A DNA stretch of 64,000 nt from Raillietiella orientalis (taxonomy: Eukaryota): NCBI GenBank assembly GCA_036172245.1, contig JAYWIR010000003.1:2728001-2792000 (forward strand), in the 5' to 3' direction. Each line of letters begins with the position of its first letter. Positions within the stretch are counted from its first letter, which is position 1. The notes under the pieces are model-generated. The model did not search any database. It was not told the origin of the DNA and worked only from the letters and a program-made list of their open reading frames with translations. Shown piece by piece: positions 1 through 12,566 of this stretch. The position numbers were made by a program, and so were the translations under genes.

Positions 1-699
1 ATCGGGCATTTTGATCCAGGAGAATCACTTCGAGGCGTTCCCTGTATTAAACGTGGTGGCACTGCAAATGGAATCCGAACCAGAATTCGAGTCAGCAACC
101 GATTGAGGAATCGGTTGCTAAACCTTAAGAACTTTTGGCTCGTTTCCCTGCGGCTACTCTGCCTACATAGAAGAACGGACTCCCACATCCACAGACGGCG
201 TACGAAGTAACACATAAAGACGTACACAAACAAGCGTCCTAAGGGACAGAACCAATGTTCCGAAGTTTACAATCCAATGGAATTGCGTCACTGTCGAACG
301 CACTTTCCAGGGACTCCAGCATCCAAAATGGCTTCCTGAATATTTGCCTAGATAGGAAGTCCAGATTCGGGAACTCAAAACATCCTGAACTTGGAAAGGT
401 TGAAGGAACGCCTTCTTCACTTCCCCTCTTGCACTTGAAGAAGAATTGAATCTTTAAGCAAGTAAAGGGAGAGCGAGGAATGCACGTGTGGACTGTTGAG
501 GAAACGTGGCTCTTCGAAGCCAGAAATATTGGGGGAGTGAATGTGGCGGTCCTTCGAGCCACACAGGCGAACACCACGAAAGCATTGAGGAAACACTCTC
601 CTCCATCCAGATGCTCAGAGCGGAATCGGTTTCGATCACCGGAGTCCAAGGAATTCGCGCTTCCGGATGGCATGGAGCTTCCGGATTTCAGATAAGGCT

Positions 700-2700
700 T
701 TCTGTGCATCCGGATGAGGCACACACGAGTTTCGAGCGGCAGGATGCCTTCCAGCACGCGGAAGGTCCTTTTTTTCGAAAGCGGCGGCTCCGCAAGTGGA
801 ACGCTTTTCAGCGTGCTGCGAGTGAGAGCAGCAGCAACGCACTTCGTCTCAGCCACCAGGAGGCCTCCAAGAGTCATGGAAGGAAAAAAATTCCAAGCAA
901 ACACTTACGCTGGAGATCTCGTGCGAACGGACAACGCAGCGCTCGGCTTCGTACGAAACCTACACGCGAGCCGAGCGATCGTTGGACCATCTCCATGCTG
1001 CTTCTGCGAAATGCTGGAAGTTCCCGTTGCGGAGAGGGCGGAACGCACGGCAGATTCGCACGCCGATCCGGCACATATTCTTGCACTCAAACGCAACATT
1101 ACTGAATTCGAATCAGAATACGCATCGGCTTATGTATCAAGTTGATGTATGGCGGTGGTGACACAAGAGGATATCACCCGATAAGTGAAAGATGGCTTCT
1201 TTGTGCGCGAAACGATTTCGCATTCGCCGCCCTCAATTGTGACGCACGCATCGCATCCGTCACAATTTGAATATGCGTGAGTGAAAGTCACACACGCATT
1301 CGTGACAGGCATATTTAGAGTATTATTTCTTTTTTTTTTTTTTTTCGGCCGGTTGAAATGAGCCAATTAAGAGCTCGCGCGAAATCTCGCTGTGCCTTCC
1401 GATTCAGAAAATTTTTCTTCTCTCCTTTTTTTTTTTTTTTTTTTCTTTCATTTCATCAACAGACGGCAATCGATTTCACCCCAGGCTTGGCAATTTCATT
1501 GGATGCTGAATGGCGTGAACTCTTTGAGAAGGGAAAAGCTGTTCTGTATAATATATATGCATGTATACATATATATATACATATATAATCCTCTACGATT
1601 CAGCTGTAGAGTCCTCATTTTCGTAGCCACGGGTTTTTGTTCCCATAGAACAATCCGATATTCCAGTCGTGGAAGAATAAATCACAGCTGAAGTTTTCGT
1701 CTCGGCGGTCACGTGACTAAATCTGGCTTGTTATTCGCTGTCCGGGACCCGAAGGGAGGGCTCACGGACTACTCCGGAGCGTGAGAAACGACCGCACTTG
1801 TATTTAACTTCTTTCAACTGCGAGCTGATCAATAAAACGTAATGTGGGTGGCTAGGACGCCCCAATGCGTATCCCCTCGGCAGTGTGGGGCCGGAGAGCT
1901 TTCGCCACACGGTCCGCTAAGGTAAGAAAAAAAAAAAAATAAAGCACCTCTTCCTCGATCCACAAGCGAAACTACCTGAGCATCTTCCTCTTTCTTCGGA
2001 GCGAGGGGGAAGATGGGCACTCTGGAAATAGATGCCATTGGCCGGCGGCCAGCCTCCCTCCACCAGCACGAAGCTTGCAGATGACTTCCACGCAACTCGG
2101 CGCGCGAGTTGACTGAATCGGAGGGAAGCGCTACGAAACGCCACGCGCATGCGTGCGTGCGGAGAGCACCGCGAACGTCTCCGCGCGCCTGCGCGCACAG
2201 CGGACGACACGCGGAGCGCTTGCCCGCCCGGGATGCCCGACGTCAACCGACCTTTCTCTTGTTCTCCAGCAAGCACCCCCTCCAGGCAAACAGACCAAGG
2301 CGGCCAGCGGAATCGCTCCTGGCGCCGGACGCGGAGAGCGCGACGTGCTGGATCCCAGGAGCAGCGAGCGCGCGAGCACGCCAAGCAGGGACGGTTCCGA
2401 AAAAGGCCTCACGGGGGAAACTTTTGCAGAGCCGCTCCTCTTCACGGATGCTGAACCGCATCCCTGCCTGATGCCGCCCGAAGGCACGGGGGAGTCTCGA
2501 GAAGCACGCCGCGAAGTCCAGCGCGCGGGGGACCGTCAGGGTGCTAAGAAGGCTGTTCGGTTCGGAGGGCAAGCCTGTAGTGTCCATCTGACCCCTGGCG
2601 CAGGTGAGACTCCCCGATAGCGGGCCCGAGTGACCAAAGGCAGCCTCGAAGACAGGAGAAGGGAACTTTGGCTGCAGAACCGCACCAGGCCACAGCTCAC
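700..2700. other. CpG-rich, promoter-like region near window start
   Basis: CpG-rich flanks around an AT-rich core containing poly-T tracts, GTCACGTGAC (1708-1717), CAATAAAACG (1830-1839) and ATAAATCA (1677-1684). Boundaries approximate. Confidence 0.4.
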
Positions 2701-4020
2701 AGTGTTTCCGTAGGCAACCCTTCGAGAGGAGGCTGGGGTCTCTCCGTTGGCGCCCGGCGGAGAGACCCTTGAAGGGATAGCTTTGGAGGACACGAGGGGG
2801 AGCTTGGGGACAGTGGCACAAAAGGGAATCGTACGAAGAGTTCTCACCTTGATTCCTCCTGGAGGAACAAAAAAAGTCCTCCTGTACTTTTCGGTGCAAG
2901 GAAGGGGGAGGAAGGAGGAGAGCTCCGTGGATCTTAGTCCATTGGGACGGTCCGTCGGCGGACTGCGATCATACGACCTCTTAAGCGCGAAGCAGCCCCT
3001 CTTCCTGCAGCCGCAGCAGCTTGATTTTCCTTCCCCCTCTCACTGGGCTGACCGACAGCTTCGTGTGGCAGGGTGGCGGTCTTCTTCAGCCGGCCCGAGT
3101 TTCGCCTCCATAACGTCTGACTGCTTTTCCTTCCTCTTGGTACATGGACCAGAGCAATCTTTCCTGCGTTAAGAACTCAAGGGGATGGACCAACATGTCC
3201 TTCGAGCGTCGCTCTCGTTCCACGAGGATCGTCCGAGGCTGGGGAAGTTTCCAAGGCAGCATGGATCCTTCCGGCTATCTGAGGAACGGCGAATGGGAAA
3301 ACTCTAAAGGTTCCTTCGCTTCGGACGGCTGGCTGATCCCTAGAGGAGGCCGTCTCCAAGGCGTCTCCTGCTATCCCCCCAATGGACAATCAGCTACCCT
3401 CTCTCACCCTCTCGCGAGGGCGAGGAAGGGAGGGTTTCCTGGATGCTGGATCCGCGAAGGGTTCTTTCTCGCATGCATTTCGAAGAACTCGCTCCCCCTC
3501 TCTCCCTCCTCCTTGAACACAAGCACTCAGTTGGCGACAGACGACACACCGGCTGCTTCTGTCCGATGCGCAGGTGCCCCTCACTGAATCCGTGCAGGGT
3601 TCCTTGCGTGATGCGAACGCTGGACGCGTGATCCTCTTCAAGGGAACGGAACCTTTGGGTGGCGGGAAGAGGAGGATTGAGAGAGCGCGCTGCTTGCGCC
3701 TTTCGATCAAGCCATCACCGGGATTCCAAGAACCGCCATGCTCAGACGCTCTGGGATTGGTCCTCTCTCTCCGCGGAGCAGAGAAGGTGAGTTCATCTTT
3801 CTTCCCTTCTCCTTGGCGATGCGCCGCTCCGATTTTCGGAGGAATTTCGGCATCTCTGAAGGGTACAGGGTGAATACAGGCCGACTGCCAGTCCTCTGCT
3901 GCTGACCTCGCTCTGGGGTCTAAGGAAAGATCCATCGCAAGGTCACTGTGGACGACGAGTGGATTCTTCTGTACTCCACCACCGCCCAAAGATGCTGGGT
4001 AGGAGGAATTTCTTTCTGCT

Positions 4021-4050
4021 CTCACCAGCTCTCACCAGCTCTCACCACCT
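4021..4050. repeat. 10-bp tandem repeat x3
   Basis: ctcaccagct ctcaccagct ctcaccacct. Confidence 0.85.
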
Positions 4051-7000
4051 CTTCTGAGGGAGATCAAGGGAATGACAAACCTCCAAAGATGGTGATCTTA
4101 GGAGGTTTCAGCGGCTCTCCAGCCCTGTTAACGATGGTTCGAAGTATCACGATCTGGAATTCCACTTCATCGAAGATTCTCTTCGCAGAGCTGAACGGCT
4201 CCTTTCCCAGACGCCAGGGAAACAAAAAGGCTCCGAAATGGGTATAAGCTCGAAGGCATGAGTCTGGACGTTTCGTACGAAAAGGTCACCGCCTCTTGCA
4301 GCGAACCGAGGAAGCGCGCTGAAGCAAACAGCTCGGTTGCATAGCAGATGGGTACTGACCAAGGAAACGCGTTCTTCTCTCCCCTCGCCCTCCTCCGTGA
4401 AAAACGAATTATCGTCCAGTTTCGTCGGCTTCCAGGTTTAAGGGTTGCGACTTTATGGAGTGATCTACGAGAATACCAAGTATCCAAGTGACGGGATTGA
4501 TTTTTAAGTGGAAAAGGAGTTGAAGAGGAGGGAGAAACTGATCCGAAGTCTGTTTCACATTTTTACTCTCCCTCAGACTCCCTAACGATGCGAAGCGACC
4601 AAGGAAACTCTCTACAGCTGACTGGTTCCTCGCTATCGTTTCGGGAACGCTGCAGCCTCCAAAGGAGAGGTTCTGCTCCCGTTGCTAGCTGGGAGTGGAA
4701 CTACCGAGACGATTGAGATCTTCAGGGAAAAATTGAATTTCGGGTTCCCGTTGCGGGCACGCAGACGTTGAAGAGCTCTCTCTCCTCCTCCTCGCAGCTC
4801 CCATTGATTTTCCCCCGAAGAGCATCGAGAGTTGCGACCGAAATCCGCAGAGCTGGCTTCCCCAAGAACTGCAAGGATCGGGAAAGAATTTCTCCAATGG
4901 AGGGTTTACCCTTGGTCAATCCGTAGCGACTTGTTTGCGTCCACTAGGCCACTCTTTAGAACACCAAATAGATTCACTTTGGCATACCTGATGCTGCTGG
5001 AAAGAGGGCTCCCCAAAGTGGCGCGGCGGTTAAACATTCCCCCTTTGAGATTCAGCATCAGGCAAGTCCACCCAAAAGTGGACAGGATTCACTCGTACAC
5101 AGCGGTGGAAGCTGAGAAGGAGGATGAGAATAGCTGCACCACGAGAACGAGCGCTGGGATGCAGACAAAAGGTTGGAATTCGAGGGCGAACGAATATTTT
5201 GCTAATTGCGGGTCATGGTGCTCAGAATTTCCTAGCAACCATGTCTTTGCCACTGCGCCTGAAGTGTCTTGCGCACACGCCTCACCGTAGTATCAAGAAA
5301 CAACTGGAGTCCACGGAAGAGGGGGCGTGTAGCGCGATCACAGGAAGGATGCTTGGATCCACACCTCCGGCGTTCCTCAAAGAGGAACACCTGAGGAATA
5401 AGTGCCTCCAGATTTTATCATTCTTCATCTCCTGAGAGGTCATGGGTAGCGCTCGGGCATCCCCATTCTGAAAGCTCATTACCATATTCAGTTCCAGTTC
5501 CTCAACGATCAGCTCCTGTCTCCGTCGAGAATTGCAAGCTCCGAAAGAGATCTCAGCAGCGCGAGGGACTGTTACCGCAGCAACGACAGTTGTTACTGCC
5601 ATAAACGAGTCCGTCTCGGATTCTAGAATAGAAGGCGAATAGAGCTGCGTAATAAGTAATTTTTTTTTCTTTTTAGCGTTATCCAAACGTGAGCAGCTGC
5701 TCATGTAGAGGGATTTTTCACCACAGCGGCCGTAGGCACAATTTATTTTTGCATAAATTTGAGTCGGAAGATTAGCTGACCGAAGCATGGATGGTTTAAG
5801 GCCTTTTCTGTAAAGCAATTCTGGAACCCTTTATATTGGACGAATGCTGGACAAATTATTGTGAGGGGCAAAGATGCATATTTTAAGGTTCTAGACAGAG
5901 GAAAAGGGTGAGGTTGCAGATTCTTCAGACGTTGACTTTGGAATCCGCAATTATAATTTAACAGTCGAGTGATGGAAGATGTGTTTGAATTGAGTCTGCA
6001 TTAGAAGGGTTTGAACTTTTGATTGGTTTATTGACCATGCGATACTACACATGCGTTCGCCTTCCAGCAAATCAGAGACACTCGCGGGTTCTTGGGCAGT
6101 GTGTGTTTGCAGGCGAAGCTCCCAGCCGGTGAAAATTTATTCCTCCGCAACGTATATTTCTGCCAGCTAACACAAAAGAAAGGAAAGAATTCGAGATGGA
6201 GCATTTCGTATAAATAGGTCTCCGCGTGGGCAGCATTTCGCATTATAAATAGAGATCTGTCGGATTTCATAGAAATTTCCGTGTACGTTTCCTTGTCGAT
6301 CACCGCTGGACCGCATTCTTGGGATGTCTTACTCCTGGGAGGGTTTGAGGAGATCTTGGAGCGAATGCCATCCTTCCTCCAGGTGAACCACGAGCTGCAC
6401 AAAGACGAGCAACGAGAAGGATGAAGTATTTGGGGCTGCACCAGTGCCCCCGGACTCGAAACTCCCCTGAGCGTATCATCGAAGAGCAGGCGGTCACGAA
6501 GGACGGAAGAGGTAAACTTCGCCAATCAGATCTGAAGAGTGCTCGAAGAGGAAAGTTTCGTCCCTCTTCGGATTTTCTGATCTCTGACCTTCGCCTGCTT
6601 TCCCCGGTCTTTCTGGTATCGCTGACTCCTCCAGCTTGGGAAAAGACCCGATGATAAGGGACTTCTGCGGGATGTTCGCACTCGTGAACTTTCAATAGCA
6701 CTTGGAATGTTCCGACTTATCTCGCAGATTTCTCTCCTCGTTCATCGGCAGCCTCGTTTGCTGAGATTCCCCCTCCTCTTCCCAAATTAAAAGCGAGAAA
6801 AATCTGCAATTCTTTCCGATCTTCCAAGTTCCTTCCATGAGATGTTTTTCAAGATGAGCTTCTTAAACGTTTCAATCTGTTCTTTTGCTCCAAGATGCGA
6901 GATGCATTTTCCACTCTTCGCCCTTCTGGCAAGGGAGGCAGGAAGGCAGTTTCGCTCGATCGAACGGAACACGGATCCGAGTTATTAGGAAGGAAAGCTC

Positions 7001-10000
7001 TCGAAAGTTCGCCGCCTCGGAAGCTGCTTATTCGGAGAACTGTCGAAGATTCCCCATAACGTTTCAGAGGCAGAAATCCTGTAAATGAGATTCCCTTCGT
7101 GGAAATGGAATTTCACGATTCATGACTCCTGCCTCCGGGTTCCATGTTCGCTTCTTGTTTCCATCTTCAAACGAAGTGCACGAAAATCCTCGCTATGTCT
7201 TGACCAATGAAGCAGGCGATGCCCTCTTCCTCTTTAGGATTGTCAGTCAAAAATGATTTTCCCTCACTGGCAGGCAACAACAGCATCTGATGTGGTGCAT
7301 CCTGGACACAATCGCCCGTGCGATGCAAGTAGCATGCGGTTATGGGAAAGCAAGAAGGGTTGCATTGTATCTGAGAGCGATACGGCACAGAAAACTAATT
7401 CCCAGCTCCATGGGGAGGAATTCATCCCGATCTGAGCTCAGAATCTGCTTCCTATGACCACCATTGCTGTCGGGGAGAGAGAAGACCCTCAAATATGAGA
7501 CGATGAGTGGGAACCTGATGTTTTCAGCATCGGGAAGACAAATCACTTTCGGAAACGTTTTTTTTTTTTTTTTTTTTTTTTCTATTAAGAGATTATGAGA
7601 ACAAGATATCGAGGTTGATGAATGGGAGATGGCAAACAGATTGCACGATCCCTACTGGCGATCAGAAAGAAAGGGATGCCATCAATCCAGCTCTTGCTTC
7701 AAAGATAAAACACAACGTAGCGATAATTAGCTGCAGTGACGAAAACTGACTGTAATTAGCCTTAAAAGGTCGTTCCTGCATCGGACCAAGCAAAATAATA
7801 GGATTGCGGATACCGAAGGCAGTGTATCCCAATTAGTAGTTTTTATATGCATTTCCTACATCCATTGATGTGTCTGATGTGTTCATATTACGAGATGTTG
7901 TCTTAATACAGCAGAAAGCGTCCTGCAGCTCACGGTGAGCAATCCTCATGGCGCAAAAAAACGGAATTTATGCAGTGGTTTTTTTATCAGCTCGTTCCGC
8001 GATTACGTCTGCATGAAAATCTCAAGCCGGTGATGTTCTTGAGAAAGCATCAATCCCACGAGCTTAGCATTGAAATTCCATAAAAATGGCTAATCAAATA
8101 AATCAGTTCCCGGAGCCATTGTGCTCAGCAGCGACACTCATCGTATTTTTCCTGTTTTACAATTCCTGTTTTGTAACACATCATTTGTGTTCCTCTTCAC
8201 TCACTCTGTCACGATAAATCTTTCTTGCCATGAATTTTTCTCGAGACGCTATAAATAACTTCCAGATTATAGAAACATGCACAATTTCATCCACGAATAC
8301 AATCAACTGATGTGACCGGGCAGTGCCATTAGCAATACAGGAGGCTGCTTTCAGGAGTCACACGGAACTCTTGAGCCGAACTCCGAAAGTAGAAAGAGAC
8401 ATCTATTCTGCATCTATTTCTGTTCTGCATTTACTTGAACGTGAACCGATCCTAAAACTCAGCTCAACCCGTGGCACCAATTCCCTTGATTTCTGAAGAA
8501 CCCAATGCGTTTTTCTGCGTGCGTCCGCTGAGAAGAAGCAATCTCCCGATTATCTCTCGATTTTGGATAATCACCATTATTGCCTCTTGATTCCCTTCTT
8601 CGCAACTGCGAGGATATGCGACTCATTGCTCTCTACAGTGTACTTTGAATTAAATTCTGGATAGAAAACGCTAGGGTTGCTGGGCGTGCGTCGTAGGCTT
8701 TGATCTGTCAAATTGATCCCATAATCCAAATTCGCTGTTTTAATGGTAAATTAAACGAGCTCTAATTTTCTCCTGAGACGTTTGCGCACTCAAAGGAACC
8801 CAACATAGGGAAACCAGAAGATACAGGATGTATTTGCATGTTTAAGGAGCTCCTACTACCGCGTTTAATAAAAATGAGAGACGGATCAGAGATGAGTTCA
8901 ACTGTTACGTGGAACCAACCCAACGGCTGGTGCATAAAGAACAACATTTTTTTGAAAAGCCACTGACTCGAAGAGTTCCTGCATTCAAAACGGGATACTG
9001 CCACTGCCCTATGGAAATTCATCTTGAAACTCCTGTGCATCACATCACAAAAGCAATTAAAACAACTCTTATCGCCTTTTGCACAGTTCAGCCCGAAATG
9101 GAATTCCTGCGACACTTGCATGGAGGCGGATATCCCATCACTCTTAAAATTCTCACCTCACACGATAGGGAAAAGGCTCCAACCGTGAAACAGGGATCTG
9201 CCCACTTGTATTCCTGGATTCCCAGAGCAGCTGAGAAATAAACTGCGATAATGCAATGAATAGCTTCAATTGACATCATGAGATGTGAATTCTTGCAACT
9301 GTGTTACATCGCCTGGAGGAGGCAAGCTGCAAAGTTCGCCTGGCACTTCTTGGGCGATTGGTTTCCATATCAACACATTGGTAGGTGCAGACTTTCCGGT
9401 CCTACTGTGAAATCGAAAAGAAATGAGAGCGAAGTTAAACTCAATTGAATTTTGAATAATTAGGAAATGAAGATACACTATAAATCAACATTACTCAGTT
9501 TTCCAAAATTACCAATGAATTTTGATTAGAACAATCGAAAACTGACTCTATAGGATTTTTCCTGGATTGATTCATCCTGATCGAATGATGAATACACCGT
9601 GAAATAATCATTGATTCCGAGGAATACATAAGGACGAGCTTTTTACATTAGGTTTTCTGACGTGATGGTAAATGGGCACACGAAAGTATTATGAGTAGGT
9701 GCGGCTAAAGTTGTGGTTGAGAATTCCAGCTCCTTATGGATGAATAGGGCAATCTTTTCGGAATCTCTTAGGTTAGGAATTCGGGATCTTTTGGATCGCG
9801 ATGTTGGCATGGACCCCTCGCTCGTCGATACCCCAGCAATCGTTGACGAAGAAACGGTTCGAGCCACCGGTTCTGTTCGAACTAGGTCGAGGTTGCTTCC
9901 CGAAGTTTGGGGGACCCCTGGCAAAAACAACAAGAATCTGCGTTCAAAACAAAGGTGCAGACTGAGAGCATGGGCAGTAAAGGAAGTGAGATGAAATGCT

Positions 10001-12515
10001 TCGATGCGACTGCAACCGATTACTGCTTGTCAATGGTACTCGGAACAGAATTCTCCAGAAGGAAAATCCTTGGCAAGCACGTCTTCCGATCGTTTCTCTG
10101 ACATTTGTGCTTCCATTCAGGGGAGGTCGTAGCCGCTCGCTAATTTTAATATTCGATTCACATGCACGTTTATCATGGGTGGTGATGTGACAACTGCCTC
10201 CCTGTAGATGCACAGAAGGGGGGCAGAATTTGGCGAACATGCTTATCGGATAAGTTACGATACATTTATCCCTACGCAGAAGCGTAATACCTAGCATTCT
10301 TCCAAGAATCCTGCTATAGAAAATGTTAGATAACGCTAATGCACCCAAGAGATTGAAGGGGAGTTCCAAGAGATGGTTTCCATGTGATGGCATTTCACGG
10401 ATGCATCGTTTAGCATCGCTCCCAATATCCGAAATTCTCTTCCTGTTTATTAGCTCAAATCTACTTCGAAGGAAGAAGATTGTGAAGTAAACTTCTTCTG
10501 CAGAGCAGGAGCTTCTGCTGCTAAGGACGAGTTTCTGCTGTCTTCTTCGAATATCAGTTTCCTTTTCCCTCTGTTAACCTTCCAAGTGCTGAAAATCGTG
10601 GTGCTTCGAGAAAAGTGATACTTTTTCTCAACAGATTTTGTGCAGATCGTTCTCGTTTCCATCTCCATGCATGCATCCAGTCTTGTTGTTTCGTCGGGAG
10701 AATTGCTTCCAGGGAGTAGTGATGAGGATGCCAATCTCTGGTTGAGCGTTCATCACGCGTACTGTGACACCTGCGTCAGGCTGTACCAATTCCGCGCATC
10801 TTAGTTGTGTTCTCACCGTTCCCTGCAAAGACCACGACCGCCCACTGAGATTCTCATTTGTGACAGCTTTCTGTTCGAGATTTTCTTCCCTTGGAAATTT
10901 TTTCCGCTGTTCTGAATGTGGTATCCGCCCCCAACCCTTTCCCTACTATCGCGGACTTCTTTGCTCTCATCAACAGCAATCTGAGGTTAACGAAGATGTT
11001 AAGAGACGTCAGGTGTTTCCTCGTTCAAGCCAGTTGCTTTCACAGTAAAAATCATCTATTGCGGAACCTTTCAAAGAAACTCTGACTGGTGCTTTAATCA
11101 AATTTGGTTTGTATGTTATGGATGACCCTGGTAGCACAATCCTCCAAACAATTTCGGGTTTTCAGATGCCCTTCGGATTGTTTTTCGTTGGTTTTGAAAC
11201 AGAGTCTACTTTTCACCTCTGGAAGCTTAAAAAAAAGAAATCAGCATTGCTCGGCAAACGGACTTGAAGTCTTCATTTGCACATTTAGATCAAGTGAAAC
11301 AAACTGGCGATGGGAAGGAACTCGCGTGACTCCCTTAAGTCAGGATTTCCTCTGGAATATACCAGATCACGTGTCGGGTCCTCCTTTGAGAAAGAAAGTT
11401 CCGACTTATTCGTTTTCGCCAACGAAACGATTCATTCGATGATTTGTATACAACTTCGACTGCGAGTTTGCTTTTCGGTTTTAAAGCAGCTCCGTTCTTT
11501 GCTGACTTGGAATTCAACTGGTGACTTCATGGTGTCTGTTACTATGCAAATGACCTCTTCAAGATGGTTGCCAAATGGATTCTGCAGCAGCCGCTTTCGT
11601 TCCTAAATGACGAGACGTTCCTCGATGACGAGAGCTGCCAAATCAGTGGCAGTCATTAAAGCGGAATGTCCTCAAACGCAAGGTCAGTTTTTCGCGTAGG
11701 TCCACTGCAAAGCCCAAGATAGGATCAGACCTTGCCCTCAGTGGAGTAAGCGGAGGCTGACTCCTGGATATTACGGGCTTCCAGTTAGGTTTGGCCACCA
11801 TTTACTCCAGATAGGAGGCCAGCATTTTTCTTGTTACAATCAAAATTGATTTTTATTAGACATCCCGATTCAAGTTCCAAGGGCATTCTCCAGACAACAA
11901 AGTTTCCCGCTCATTGATCGAGTGGATGTTCCTGTACCAGGTTCTGCAGTCATGAAGCTCGGCGGATGATGCTTTCATCGGAAGCAATTGAAAATCAATT
12001 GCCGATGCGCTGCGGCAACGTTCACCGGTAATTTAATGACGCATTGACGTTGCTAACAGCGTCATAAGCATGCAGATTATCCAAAAATTTTATGATCCCA
12101 CACGGAGGATGCGATCTTTAACGTTTTATCTTCATTTGATTTCCGGAAATTCCACCATGTGAAAGTTTCTTACAAACAAACGCTGTCATTTGTGAAGCTT
12201 GCAATTGAGATTGGTCGAAGAATTTGAGATCTGAAGACTGCTGATGAGGAAGACAGCAACGTTTTGATGTGCGCATGTCTTTTCTATTGAAAGATTTTTT
12301 GTCTTCCTTTAAAACCAACAGTTCATGGGCAGACATTTGATTACATCATTCCATTGCAGAAGTCTGCCCACAAACACTTTATCTTGAAGCCTATGAAACA
12401 CGTTCGCAAATTCCAACCCTTTATTTTTGATTCCTCGTGCATGTGACCTGTGTGATTCCAAATCAAAAATTTGAAAAGGTAAAAATCCATTGAAACTCGC
12501 TCAAGGATACGAAGT

Positions 12516-12566
12516 TCTAAAGAGATATTGGATTCTTTGAGTAGAAGAATCCAATATCTCTTTAGA
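12516..12566. repeat. Perfect 22-bp inverted repeat with 7-nt loop
   Basis: TCTAAAGAGATATTGGATTCTT-tgagtag-AAGAATCCAATATCTCTTTAGA. Confidence 0.95.

Noticed and set aside
10199..10232. CCCTGTAGAT...GAATTTG resembling miR-10
   Set aside because: The match is interrupted, there is no hairpin, and this is the wrong part of the cluster.
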